NCBI GenBank assembly: GCA_030324005.1
Contig: JARDVH010000099.1
Span: 48,389,090-48,453,089, forward strand
From: Negaprion brevirostris
Taxonomy: Eukaryota
Reading direction: 5' to 3'
DNA length: 64,000 nucleotides
Part shown: one piece after another, positions 1 to 13,039 of the stretch
Numbering within the stretch: position 1 is the first letter of the stretch
Layout of the letters: every line of letters begins with the position of its first letter
The notes under the pieces: model-generated
Databases searched by the model: none
What the model was told of the DNA's origin: nothing
Seen by the model: only the letters and a program-made list of their open reading frames with translations
Position numbers and translations under genes: made by a program

Positions 1-617
1 AAGACTAATTATCCTGGGGCAACATTGCTCATGGAAGAGTGAAGAATGGGTGCAAAAGTTAAAGGACCATTTAGTGATTGTTCAGAGACCATCCTGGGTT
101 TAAAGCCACATTCTCTGGAGCATATTTCAGAGACTCTCCTGAGGCCGCACAGGCCATGTTAAGGTGTTCTGCGTGGCACATATGTCTTGGTCCCAGTCTT
201 GGGCAGGGGAAGGCCTCTCTAGGCAGTGACGGTTGTGCACAGGATGGTGCAAAGGACATGGTCAATACCTGAGGTATCTGTACTCTGTATGTTGGTATCT
301 GAAAAGTCATGGAGGATTATTGGATAGTCTCATGGGGGTGTGGAGGGTTCCTGAAAAAATAAGTGTGCATGTGGCCTCAAAAAGATCAACAAAGGGCATG
401 GGGATTTCATCATTGAAGGGTTTGAGGGAGAGCAGAATATTGACTAGGGATTCAATGATTCCGTAATGTTGGGATCAAGGGTAATGGGAAAGCTGCATAG
501 TGACAGGAGGAATGGGGAATTAGGAGGTGGTGATTATGGAGGAGGATAGGCAGAATGTGGTGAGTGATGGAGAGGTTGGAAACTGATGAGCACCATGTTC
601 ACAATCATTGATGAGAG

Positions 618-1590
618 CAAAGAACAAAGAAAAGTACAGCACAGGAACAGGCCTCCAGCCCTCCCAGCCTGCAGCAATTGTGATGCCATAACTAAACTTA
701 CAAAAAACCTTCTGGCCTTACTCGGACCATATCCCTCTATTACCTCTCTGTTCATGTACGCATCCAGATACCTCTTAAATGTTGATAACATTCCTGCTTC
801 TATCATCTCCTCTGGCAGAATGTTCCAGCACAGAATGTTCTGTGTGGAAAACCTCCCCCGTACATTTCCCTTAAACTTTCCTCCTCTCACTTTGAACCTG
901 TGTCTCTTTGTAATTGATACGTTAACCCTGGTAAAAAGCCTCTGACTGTCCAACCGGTCTATGCCTCTCAATTTTGTAGACTCCTATCACGTCTCCCCTC
1001 AGCCTCCGTCTTTCCAGTGAAAACAATGCTAGTTTATTCAACCTCTCCTCATAGTCAATATCCTTGAGACCATGCAAATTCCTGGTGAACCTTCTTTGCA
1101 CTCTCTCCAAAGTTTTCATGTCCTTAATGTGGAGAAGTGTGAGGTAATTCATTTTGGTAGGAATAACAGATGTGTTGAGTATAGGGCTAATGGGAGGATT
1201 NNNNNNNNNNNNNNNNNNNNNNNNNNNNNNNNNNNNNNNNNNNNNNNNNNNNNNNNNNNNNNNNNNNNNNNNNNNNNNNNNNNNNNNNNNNNNNNNNNNN
1301 TGGTCGGCGCAACATCGTGGGCCGAAGGGCCTGTTCTGCGCTGTAATGTTCTATGTTCTATGTTCTATGTTCTAGTAGTGTGGCGACCATAACTGCATGC
1401 GATACTCCAAATGCAGCCTAGCCAAGGTTTAATATAGCTGCAACATGATTTCCCAACTCCTGTACTCAATGCCCTAGTGATGAAGACAAGCATACCATAT
1501 GCCTTCTTAATCATCTTGGTCACCTATGTTGCCACTTTTAGGGAACTGTGGACCTGCACACTCAGCTCCCTCTGTATGTTAATATTCCTA
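618..1590 (-). mobile_element. CR1/HER1-type LINE 3' fragment, interrupted by a second CR1 at ~1124-1374
   Basis: Minus-strand peptides [40 protein letters not shown] and HRFKVRGGKFKGNVRGRF, typical CR1 ORF2 C-terminus; resumes at 1375. Confidence 0.9.
1124..1374 (+). mobile_element. Younger 5'-truncated CR1 LINE nested in opposite orientation (middle in gap)
   Basis: [14 protein letters not shown] motif, then after the gap the 3' end GGGCCGAAGGGCCTGTTCTG..(TGTTCTA)n with CpGs intact. Confidence 0.85.
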
Positions 1591-2564
1591 AATGATGCAG
1601 TTTAAAAGAAGAACAAGCTTGAAAAAATCAAATTAGGATGGTCTCAAGATGTGGGAAGAGTTCAGCACAACATTTTTGGGCTGATTGAAGTGGTACCCTA
1701 TAAATCTCCTGCTCAAACCATGGCGAGCATGGCTCAATGAACAAGCTTGGCTCCATTACTAATGCTGCATGTTTGGGTGAGAATCCATGAAGTTTAAGTG
1801 CTGTAGTGCAGTTGCTCTTAATGACCATCCGATCCCCACGGTGAAGGAGGATCAAACAACCAAGAGCTGCACAGAAACTAAAAAGAAGCCACAAACCTCA
1901 GTGTTCCAGTGATCGTGGTTTACAGTCATGATGTAAGTACGAGGCTTGGGTATCGATAGTTACTGTCTAGGCTACAGGAGGCAAATTGACACTAGCCTGA
2001 CTGAGGGCTGTAGCACATGGGTTCATCAAACCCAATGAAGACCCTCACTGTGAATGCACAGTCATATCTGAGGGGATGCTCAGTCACCTGTCAACCTCCA
2101 GGATGTAATCAGACTGCAAGGGATGGCCTGAGATGCCATGTAGAAACTGAGGGCAGGTTCAGGGGTGGAGAACAGATTCCTGGCTTGGAGATGGAGGGAG
2201 ACCATTCAAGAGGAGCTGCCATTGATTGCTCAGTTGTACCCATTCATAGATAGAAGGAGGAGAGGAGAATGAGGATTGCAGGTAATGCTGCCTTGTTGAT
2301 NNNNNNNNNNNNNNNNNNNNNNNNNNNNNNNNNNNNNNNNNNNNNNNNNNNNNNNNNNNNNNNNNNNNNNNNNNNNNNNNNNNNNNNNNNNNNNNNNNNN
2401 NNNNNNNNNNNNNNNNNNNNNNNNNNNNNNNNNNNNNNNNNNNNNNNNNNNNNNNNNNNNNNNNNNNNNNNNNNNNNNNNNNNNNNNNNNNNNNNNNNNN
2501 NNNNNNNNNNNNNNNNNNNNNNNNNNNNNNNNNNNNNNNNNNNNNNNNNNNNNNNNNNNNNNNN

Positions 2565-3450
2565 CACAAGAACTTGGAGGGCATCTGCATTTGTTGCTTT
2601 GAAGGTGATTACCACACTTAAATTTTTTGCCAGATCTTTCCAGGGCTTCACTGGGGTCATTTGCAGAATTTCACAAACAGCGGCACATAAATGCATAAGG
2701 GAGGTCCCCTTTCAATAACTCTCGTCCTATGTGCCGTTCCATATGGATGAAGCAAGCTAGTATGCCAAGGCTGTGCATTTGCTGTGAGATCAGGTTAACC
2801 ATAGGTGCAGGGCACCATCAACCACACAAATGTTACCTTGAGAGCCTCCAGAGAGATTCATTAATGGAAAAGGATTTCACTCTCTGAACATCCAACTAAT
2901 CTGTGATCACAGAAAACAGATCCTGCTTTTTTGTGCTAGACACCCAGGGAACTCTCATGACTCTTATATCTTAAGTTACTCACAGGTACTATATATTGTT
3001 GAGGGCCCTTGGTGCTCAGAAGGATAGCTTCTCATTGACAAAGAGTAGCCCAGATGACATGGTTCATTGTACCCATTTGTCAGCAACTTAGTGCACCTGA
3101 GGAGAGATACAAGGCAGCACATTCCACCATGTGGTCATTAATAGAACAAGCCATTGACTTGTTAAAGATATATTTCTGATATTTGGACCAGTTAGGCAGG
3201 CTCTCTAGTGCTCACCACAAAGACTGTCCCACATCATTGTTGTTTGCAGCACCCAGCACCATTTAGCATAGCAGAAAGGAAATGTGTTGTCTGAGGGAGG
3301 CATTAAGGGGCAAGGCATCTCCTCGGATGAGGAGGACATTGAAGGGATGACTGTGAAGAGGACTTGGATTCAGATGAGCCAGATGAAATGCCATTGCATG
3401 GGCACGATGTGGCAGATGTGCTCATGATGATCTCATAGCTACAGGGTGAA
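2565..3450 (+). mobile_element. Degenerate PIF/Harbinger DDE transposase
   Basis: Frame-broken peptides KVITTLKFFA..SFQG..ICRISQTAAHKCIREV, VQGTINHTNV, FINGKGFHSLNIQLICD, ARHPGNSHDSYIL, LLIDKE*P, LIEQAIDLLK, then an acidic tail; several stops. Confidence 0.85.
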
Positions 3451-3879
3451 TAAGCTGAAGACCATTTTTCACAATTGATGTTTTCTTCAGCCTTCATTTT
3501 CAGCTTGAACATCTCAGGAACGATCAGAAATCTTATAATGATCGTGCAATTAACATTCGTCACCTTCTGTTCTAATGATGGGGTCATTCTTGGAAGGCAT
3601 ATTAGCCTTGGCACTATGTGATTAGTGCACACATTAGGCAACTCCATATGGTGCAGTCCTTTCAAACATGGCATCACCAAGTCAGTGGGCATGGCAGCTT
3701 TCAAGCAGATGAAAAGCTAATTAGATACCAGCCCAAATACAAATTCTAAAGAAACTCAAATTCTTCAGTGGTTTGTGTTTGGGCAACTCAATGGGGAGCA
3801 GCATGTGGAAAGCTGCATTTGTCCCATCGCCAGATCTCTGGAACGGGAATTTCCACCCCAAATGCTTTCTTATATTGTT

Positions 3880-4260
3880 TAAAAGTCCATGCATGCAAAA
3901 CAAAATGCCTACTGTTATGTGTGATCGGGCAGCACTTGCTAAACAATCCTGAATGTGCTAATAGCTACACCAATAACCAATTTAAGATAATCAGTTGAGC
4001 TGGTTTACACTTACTGGAAGTAACATAAATTCATATGCAGGGATCCATTCTTTACAAACGAAAGGAATGAGTTCAAGCCTTATACCTTTTTTGAATTGCC
4101 TGAGAACTTGCCCGAATTTTTTTCTCCATTAGTTTCTCCATGGCAATACCTTGGCAAATCAGAGTTGACTTGCCAACCAATTCTCCTGCGGTATAAATTG
4201 TTGTGATTGTTTGAAATTTGGCATTCTTGCATTTGTCCTGACATGCGGAAGACTAAAAGT
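3880..4260 (+). mobile_element. Penelope-like element 3' relic (GIY-YIG C-terminal region)
   Basis: IGQHLLNNPECANSYTNNQFKIIS..LHLLEVT..QGSIL, resembling PLE endonuclease ends; related copy at 39280-39740. Confidence 0.6.
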
Positions 4261-5139
4261 TTCAGCATCACCTCTCTTTTTAGCAATATCTCTATTCTGT
4301 TGTAGTCTCTTCATATCCCCACAACTTGCTTTCCTACCTATCTTTATGTACACAGAAAATTAGGCAGAATGAGTCTCTTCATCTAAGTCAATACGGATTG
4401 TAAATCATCTCCAGAATTTATCCCAAGACAATGACCATGGCATCCCCATGTTGAGTATGGTGGGGAAGGTCTTTCCTCACATTGCTCTTACCAAATTGCA
4501 GACCCTGGCATGAATCATTCTGCCTAAGTCTCAGTATGACTTCAGAGCTGGCACATCAACAGTTGGCATGATCTTTCTCACTTCCCTTATTGGGCACTCT
4601 CTGTCAGGACAGAGTGCTGAATGTGGAAGTACAGCAGCATGTAGAGATCTTGGGTCAGTGACCACTCTGGCTCATGTGAGCCAAATGGAATGTGTGGCAA
4701 ATTTCAGCTGGAGTTCTCCTGCTTTGTTTGGTGTAACTTCAGTCAAAGAACCTCCTGGAAAAAGCACCACAAACGTTTCTGCCACTTCTTTGGGATTTCT
4801 GTGGGTTTTCCACCAAAGTCATAACATACAAAAAGGTGAATTACAGCATAAATTTGCACTGCACTTCCTTTCACTTGTACTCATCTCATTGATAGTGCAT
4901 TACAACATTTTATTTGGGTCTTTACTACAGCTGCATTGGACTTAGAGTTTCATATTTATCTATCACAATCCCTAGATTGTTTACATGCTGTTCCACTCTT
5001 ATACTTTTCATAGGCTTCCTCTTTTTGATTCCTTCCTCCCATTCTAATTATTTACAACTATCAACATTGAATTCCAACATTGGTAAATGAGGTGGTGGAG
5101 TTAGGTAGAAGCAATGAGGTAGCATACTCCTTGCAAAAT

Positions 5140-5955
5140 AAGGGGCAATAAAGATTTACAACACCAACGCCGGACCTGAGAGGCTAACATTATCAAGAAA
5201 GATTGAGTAGGCTGCGGCACTTTCTCTAGAATAGAGTAGGTCGAGGGGTGATCTGCCTTTAAAATAATGAAGAAGTTTCATAAGGTCAATGTAGAAAAAA
5301 TGTCTATGTAGGAAATCTAAAATGAGGGGTTACAATTGTAAAATAGTCACTAAGAAAATGTGTGAGGGCGGCACGGTAGTACAGTGGTTAGCACTGCTGC
5401 TTCACAGCTCCAGGTCCTAGGTTTGATTCCTGGCTTGGGTCACTGTCTGTGTGGAGTTTGCACATTCTCCTCGTGTCTATGTGGGTTTCCTCTGGGTACT
5501 CCGGTTTCCTCCCACAGTCCAAAGATGTGCGGNNNNNNNNNNNNNNNNNNNNNNNNNNNNNNNNNGTCCTCCTCAGCTACATTCACGTCCCCCTGTGTGA
5601 ACACCGAAGAGAAATACTGGTTCAATGGGTGGGATTGTGTTCAGTGCAGACTCGATGGGCTGAAGGGCCTCTTTCTGCACTGTAGGGTTCTATGATCTAC
5701 GATCTAAAATAAGGAACTCAGGAGTGACCCTTTTACCCAAAGAGTGGTCAGAATGTGGAATTTGAAGTGAATGGCATAAGTGCATTTAAGAGAAAGCTTG
5801 TTAAATGCATGAGGAAAAAAGGAATAGAAGATTATACTAAATGGATTAGATGAAGTAGTGTGGAAGGAGGCTGGTGTGGAGCATGAATATTGGCATTGAC
5901 CCTGGTCAGCTAAATAGTCTGTTTCTGGGCCATAAACTCTGTTTACTTCTATGAT
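5140..5955 (+). mobile_element. Old CR1 3' fragment split by the SINE at 5366-5703
   Basis: YQERLSRLRHFSLE..RSRGDL-like and FTQRVVRMWN motifs either side of the SINE. Confidence 0.7.
5366..5703 (+). mobile_element. HE1-type tRNA SINE with CR1 tail; holds a nested minus-strand CR1 piece at 5566-5625
   Basis: Head GGGCGGCACGGTAGTACAGTGGTTAGCACTGCTGC, body GGTTTCCTCCCACAGTCCAAAGATGTG, tail GCAGACTCGATGGGCTGAAGGGCCT..TTCTATGA. Confidence 0.9.
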
Positions 5956-6179
5956 CTGTGTCTGACACATATTGAAAAAGTCTGGTTTCTTGTTATGCTT
6001 TATTTGCACTATTTTCTTTTTTGGTGTCAGATTACGTTGATCTGTAGACGTTGGTTGTGATTCATAAAGTGTTATTTGTTCTGAATCATTGTACAAATAT
6101 TGACATTGATAAATTACTCAGTTCTGACTAATGTGAAAAAAATCCTATATAAACTTGAGAATCATTTAATTGTAATATG

Positions 6180-7290
6180 GGGCAGGATTTTTTAGATTGT
6201 GGGGTTTCTCACTCCACCTAAAGAGCGATAGGAAATGCATGCCCATTGCCTTGCAGCCACTTATTGCTCAGCATGATGTTAATCAGCTAAGGGCAAGACT
6301 GCCATCGCATCTGGGAAGGAAGTCCCCTCTTTGAGAGCTCTGTAGTTCAGTAGTCTCAGTAGCTCCAGGTTCAGGTAGTAGTCACTGACTACTATTAGTC
6401 CCCAGAGAAGAGGAGTTAACAGAGGCCAGAAGTCCAGAGTATTGGCAGCGCCTGGCTGGCAGATCCCAGTGAATGGGGGTCTGTGCAGTGAGAGGGCGGG
6501 GTTTGAGAGGCTGGAGGAGGAGAGTTAAATTTGGATATGACTCTGTGGGACAGCTGCCTCTGATAGGCACAAGGGACCTCTTAANNNNNNNNNNTCTTGC
6601 TCGACATCAACTTGTCCAGTAAAAGCTGCTGGGCTATCCACCTGGTGTGATCCAGCCTCTGCTTCAAGTAAAATAGTGGTGGGGGCAGGATAAGGCACTT
6701 AAGGTAGCCCAATGTCTAACATCTCCACCACCCTCCACCCCAGAAAATGGGAGATAGGTTAGGTGGGTGGATAGGTGGTAAACAGGACTTTTTAGGGCAG
6801 CACAATGACTCAATGATTAGCACTGCTGCCTCACAGCATCAGGGACCTGGGTTCGNNNNNNNNNNNNNNNNNNNNNNNNNNNNNNNNNNNNNNNNNNNNN
6901 NNNNNNNNNNNNNNNNNNNNNNNNNNNNNNNNNNNNNNNNNNNNNNNNNNNNNNNNNNNNNNNNNNNNNNNNNNNNNNNNNNNNNNNNNNNNNNNNNNNN
7001 NNNNNNNNNNNNNNNNNNNNNNNNNNNNNNNNTCTGTGTGGATCCCCTCCAGGTGCTCTGGTTTCCTCCCACAGTCCAAAGATGTGCCGGTTAGGTGGAT
7101 TGGCCATGCTAATTTGTCCTCATTGTACCTGGACAGGTGCTGGAATGTGGCGACTAGGGGATTTTCACAGTAACTTCATTGCGGTGTGAATGAAAACCTA
7201 CTTACGACTAATAAATAAACAGTTACAGTTTATAAAAGCCCCACCCCCACTTTCAAACCTGCCAGAAAGGGAACATAAAATACCACCCAT
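6180..7290. mobile_element. Old non-autonomous DNA transposon (MITE-like) hosting the SINE at 6795
   Basis: Ends GGGCAGGATTTT / AAAATACCACCC are imperfect inverted repeats; interior resembles 37110-37570 and 45500-46150. Confidence 0.4.
6795..7220 (+). mobile_element. HE1-like SINE with alternative tail (type B)
   Basis: Same head/body as HE1; tail GTGGCGACTAGGGGATTTTCACAGTAACTTCATTGC..ACTAATAAATAAAC. Confidence 0.85.
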
Positions 7291-8639
7291 AGTTATTTAA
7301 GTCTTCCTTTTCCTACCGCAAGGAAACAGGAACCACATTAATTTTAAAAAATTGTGGCATCCCAGTAGGTCAATGAGTTTATCCAATGAGTTACTGAGGT
7401 GAATGGAATAGAAGGGTCCCAGTTTCAATCTTTGTGTTGAAGCAGATGACCAAATCTGTGTCATAATAATAGATCATAGCCCCAAATTACGTACCAGCAT
7501 ATTGACCTTTAAAATAAGATGTGTTTTTTTTCCCGAAAGGACATATAAACCAAAACTGGCTGAGTTACTGCTTGCTGGAATTCCCATGTGGCTTATACTC
7601 AGTTCTGAGAGAGACAATGAAATATCAGATCTTTTCATAAGGTAGAGACATTTCAATGGAAGACGCAATGCAGAAGCTGAACCGTAATCTCCCGTGGAGT
7701 TAATGGAAGCTGGTGACCATTTCAACAGAAACTACTACCATCCTGTGAATTTTATCCAGAGATGTTTATGGTTTTCCCCTTCCAGGAATACGTAAGAAAA
7801 GGGGCTAAAAGTCAACTGCAACAGTCTGATGTTCTAGTTTCACTATACTAGTGTGTGCTGTGAAGATCACAGCTGAAGGGCATGAACTTGGTATTCCTGC
7901 TGCTTTCGGGTAAAGACCCACTCTCTCTTTGATGGCAGGAAGAAGGTGAAGTTAGCAAAGCCACAGGTCAAAATGGAAACAGGACAACGCTCTTCAGCTA
8001 ACATGTAGAACCAAGACTCTTCAAACCAATTGCTCAACTGCTGAAGTTCGGGCCACCGGAATTACTGAATGATTGTAATGTTTCACCAGCTACTCCTCAT
8101 GGATAAGTCAAAGACTACTTTGCATATCTTTTTTAAACTTTTGTTTTTGCACTTACTTCTCATTTCTAATCTGTCAGTTCCATTTTATTATTTTCTTTTT
8201 CATTTTAGTAACCAATAAAATAACTCTTTAACCGAAAAAAGCCTAGTTAAATTGGCTCTTTTGAAAACATAAATACATTTATAATGGGAAAAGGTATTCA
8301 CAAGGGAAAAGGTCCTTTTTGAATGAACCTTCTGGTACCAACTGAGGGCTTTGAATAAAGAATAAAGGAGCGTCAGTTCGTCCCTTCTCATCCAGGATAA
8401 TAATCATTTGGGAGTATCCTATCTGGAAACATAACAAATTTGGGGACATTTTCCAGGATCCATTCATATCTGTGATACATGCAATAAAATTGATCTCAGC
8501 TTAGCCTGAAGCAATGTAGCAGAGAATTCAGCTAGCTTTCCCTCTTATGAGTGCTTTCTCTCAACTCAGAGTGGTTATTATGTATATGATGGGTAAGGAC
8601 AAGATTGGTTGCTTCTGATATTCAGAGCTGTTGTGTAGC

Positions 8640-9640
8640 CCACTGAAACACGTTTGGAGCCTGCATTCTCCATGCACGAGATTGCCAGAGGGAGCTCAAA
8701 ATCTGGCAAAAACAGGAAATTACATATCTTGCTGGCGAGATTGCTATTTTCCCCTGATTTTAATAGATTTTAATAAATTTAAATATAATTACACACACTC
8801 CTCGCCAAATGATCNNNNNNNNNNNNNNNNNNNNNNNNNNNNNNNNNNNNNNNNNNNNNNNNNNNNNNNNNNNNNNNNNNNNNNNNNNNNNNNNNNNNNN
8901 NNNNNNNNNNNNNNCCCTCACTAAATTAAGCGTAAACCTGTCGAGGGGACACCTTTGGGGGTGCAAAAGGAAGTATAACCCCCACGGGAGAAGAACATGG
9001 ACAGGCAGCGCCCTGGCAATACCCCCAGGCGCTGCTCCTTGCCACTGAAGTGCCAACCCAGCAGTGGCAATCCAGCAGTGGTAAACTGTGCCAGGGGGCA
9101 ATGGCAGGGGTGGGCCCTGGGGGAGCCTCCTGTGCAGGAACTTATTTGTTTGTGGTGGGGGGAGGGGAGCGGACACCGAGGGTGATGGGGTCGCCGGGAT
9201 GATGGGAGGGATGGAGATGTTGAGGGTAATCGTAGAGGGAGGCCCCAGGTACCTCTCTAGGGGCGGGAGTGGGGGGGGGAGAGAGTGGGTTAATTCATAT
9301 TTGTAATAGGTGTGGGGGGTGCTGGGATGAATCATTTCTTATTTGTGACTGGAATGCCCTTTAAAAAGAGAGACCCTACCTGCAACAGAGTGATGCCTCA
9401 TGCCATGCCCACTTGTTTTCTTTTGCTTTCAAAGTGTCACGATCTGGAGAGAAAATGGAGGGGTGGTGTTGGAGACNNNNNNNNNNNNNNNNNNNNNNNN
9501 NNNNNNNNNNNNNNNNNNNNNNNNNNNNNNNNNNNNNNNNNNNNNNNNNNNNNNNNNNNNNNNNNNNNNNNNNNNNACTTCACACAAGCTTTCCCATCAG
9601 AACTGACACTTTGACACATTCTCGTTAAGATTCCGCCCAA
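8640..9640. mobile_element. GC-rich non-autonomous DNA transposon-like repeat with gaps
   Basis: GC/CpG-rich block ending AGATTCCGCCC, like the GGGCGG(A/G)ATT-type termini seen elsewhere in the window; left end uncertain. Confidence 0.4.
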
Positions 9641-10607
9641 AGTCGTGGTTCACAAATGAATGATGGGAAACATGTGTAACGTACTTGACCTGCAAGTGAA
9701 ATTATACCTGAGATGGTGTTAACTTCTCCTGGAGAGGTAATGAATGTGAGGTAGATAACAGCAAATGAAAATAAAACATTGAAAATAATTAATCCTCACA
9801 CTTTGATTTGCTGAAAGTGAATATCCTCCTACAGAGTTTAGAATTGAGAATCTTGCTCCCAAAGCAGTGTTACTTTTCCGTTCCTCAGTACAGTGCCAAT
9901 AACCTACCATGCAAATAACTGTTCCTCTTAATGTGTTTCCTTCATTTTCAGACCTTTTAGTCATTAAACGAATGATACAATGCAGGCCCTCGGTGGGGTA
10001 TTTGGAAAGTCACGGTACAAAGTGTTGATGAAAGACACCAAAAATGGTGACTAATAAGTATCAGTTTAAGACTATTTTTACAGTTAGATCAAAATATTTT
10101 TCATGCGTGAGTCTTGTTGGCATTCGTTTCTTCTGTCTGAATGTGCTGGTGGACGAGTGCATTGATGTGGTGACCACAAGAACCAATATTAAAGTATTGA
10201 ACTGTTCCCCTCATCCTTCAGTCATTATATTGGACTTTTCACACAACTCAGTCTGCAAACCAACCTCCTACCAACAGCTGATTCAACATAAAAACTTGGT
10301 TCTTTTTTTAAAAATTCAGATGGATTTGGTGACTCATTTTCCAAAGTGTCCCACTTCTATTAACTCAAAGGAAAGCTATGGGGTGGTTGCAAATGTTTCC
10401 TGTTGACTAATTTAATGAAAAAAATAATTATTTTAAAATTCTTATTCCAAGCATCAGATTTCAGGGTTTGTTCAGATTCATATGCTCACTTTATTATTTG
10501 TAACTCAGTTACATAATTCCACTCCATAACTAGTAGTAATAACCAGTAAATGAAAAATGTAGGTAACAGTTAATGTATTTAAAGCTTCCAATATGAATGA
10601 GCAGGTA

Positions 10608-10750
10608 AAAAGCAAATTACTGTGGATGCTGCAATCTGAAACCAAAAAAGAAAACCAAAAGAGAAAAGAGAAATCTCAGCAGGTCTGGCAGCATCTGGAA
10701 GGAGAGAAAAGAGCTGACGTTTTGAATCCAGATGACCCTTTGACAAAGCA
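10608..10750 (-). mobile_element. Penelope-derived short repeat with decayed hammerhead motif
   Basis: Reverse strand reads GCT-TTGTCAAA-GGGTCATCTGGATTC-AAAACGTC-AGC then AGATGCTGCCAGACCTGCTGAGATTT; same family as 54447-54550. Confidence 0.6.
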
Positions 10751-13039
10751 GGATATGAACAGGTGATAGCTGTGACACTGAACTGTACAGGTAAGTGTGC
10801 CTCTGGTTCAGTCCCTAGTGTTAAATTGACTTAGTTCAGCTTTGCAGTATGAGGTCTTGGTGTCCGAGGATAATGAGAATTAAAATCAGCAGAATTTTCC
10901 ATTCTGGATCACCATCCCCAAAATGTCTGTTTTAATGTATTGGGCAGAATCTTACCAAAAAATGGCAAAATGTCAGGATATGATTGAAAAGTGGTATGTT
11001 TCTCTCAAGGGAAACAGGCAGGTTTTCTCCCCAGATGTTATGATATTTTGTCAAAAAAATGCAGAGAGGTTTGTTTCAAGCTGTCATTTTGAGGGGCGGG
11101 GCCTAAAGATGGCAGTAAAGTTGGCTGGTGACCTGATCAATATCAACCAATGCTTGTGTCCCTGCAGCAGTTATCTGACCTGCAGGGTATTTCCAGCAGT
11201 ATCTGTTTTTATTGCACATTTCCAGGAGGTGTACTATTTTACCCTTGCACTAACAATACAATCCTTTGGAGGAGGGAATTTTACAGTTGTTTTACTGTAT
11301 ATTTTGTAATTGTGCAAGAAATGTAGTTTTGGGGTGTTTTGTAGTTGTGAATGGTATGGAGTTTTAGAGAGCTTTTTTTTTGCTTGATGTTGGAATTGTT
11401 TTGTGGATTACATAATGAACATTTTTCGAGACATGTTATGACTGTTACTGATTATTGTTTCTGCTATGGTGTGTTGTTCTGTGTTGGATAACTTACTATT
11501 GTTGTGAGCACTAAACATTATGCACATAGTTTGCAATTACAAAAAAAAAGTATTTTAGTAGGTCTTCACTGAATGCCAGAAGTGAAACAGCTTGGCACAC
11601 AAACGCATTTCCTGCCTTAGGAACTTGCAGACAGTGGTGCTGTCTGGAACTCTCTTGCATGCAGAAGTTCTAATGAAAAAGTAACCATTATTTGCTAAAC
11701 CAAGATTTAGTGACATGCACTGGATTGTGCGCAATCTCTAACTTGTTTGTTGGTACCTCATACTAATTCTCCATGTCTCTCTGTGGTCTCAACAACGATC
11801 CAAATTGGAGAATTTATTTCCCCAGTTTCTAACTGTCTCCAGCTGTGCCTGTTTTGTGAAATGTGGAAGCCTGCATGAAAACAACTTGAAGATGAGATTC
11901 TCGTTCCCCGTGTATGACTATGTAATAAAATTGGGGACAACAACTGATTTATATTGCCTAGGTGTGAGGCTGACCAGGCCTATTTAATATGTCAGATTAT
12001 CCTGTGTACTAATCCTAAAAGCCCCAAATCTAGTGACTGTATATGAAATGCTGGTTTCACAAATGAGAATTCTTAGTAAATGATTTTGTTAAAAAATTAG
12101 CTCTGCTCAGGCTCAGTTCCATCAGTGACACACAAAAGTGGGCTGAGTCTTTTAGTCACATGGGAGCTAACTTACCCTCCCAGATATCGACTTATACAAC
12201 AGTGAAAACTAAAGGTGTAAAAACGAAACCTGGTCATGATGTGGATTGAATTTTCTTCAATTCCTCTGGAGGTTGACTGACACAATATTGGATCGTTTGA
12301 GATTTGGCTCAACTCATTTATCTGCTTTATTGCAGTAAGGCAAATGAACAAATTATCAAATCCAATTAATTCAAATCAAAGAGGTCAAGCGTTAGATCAA
12401 GCCCAGGATGGGGTGCAATGTCTTGTTTTGTCAGCTTGGATCTTGTTTGTCTCTCTTGTGGGGAACATGAATTGGATTCAATGTGGGTTTGTTTTTTGGA
12501 GCAGTCAAGGAGACGGATTTGGGTCTGCCTCAACCATTCTGCGCATTGGCTTAGTGGCTTTGAGAATACAGTCATTTTTTTTGTAAAAACAACTTTTCTC
12601 TGAGTGAACACATGAAAATAATGAACATGCTCCACCACACCACCTCAGTTGCTTGTCTTAATTAATTTAAACAAATATCACCTCCAAACTCAGATGCAGA
12701 ATGTCCTAATCCAGCAGTTGCTTACCTTTTGCAGCTTTTTATTCTCTGACAGCCTGTTTAAGCATTTTTTGCAAACTTTTTCTTTGCCAAAATACCTGTC
12801 TGAATTACCCATGTAAGCTAACACATTCCTTAATGTTTAGACATTGGGAGAAACATTTTTGGATTATTATACACCACCTTTCACTTGACTTCTAATTTGT
12901 ATCCCATGGATTAATGGTGATAAGTGAAGCAGCATCAACNNNNNNNNNNNNNNNNNNNNNNNNNNNNNNNNNNNNNNNNNNNNNNNNNNNNNNNNNNNNN
13001 NNNNNNNNNNNNNNNNNNNNNNNNNNNNNNNNNNNNNNN

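Noticed and set aside
2565-3450. Domesticated HARBI1 gene
   Set aside because: Multiple stops and frameshifts and altered catalytic motifs; consistent with a dead transposon.
5366-5440. tRNA gene (and similar heads at other SINEs)
   Set aside because: A/B-box sequence continues into the SINE body; these are tRNA-derived SINE heads.
7535-7640. Possible isolated exon (pyrimidine tract-AG ... AG|GTAGAG)
   Set aside because: No recognisable peptide and no partner exons; splice-like signals of this quality are common by chance.
8760-9335. 191-aa proline-rich ORF
   Set aside because: GC-rich repeat interior spanning a gap; no recognisable domain.
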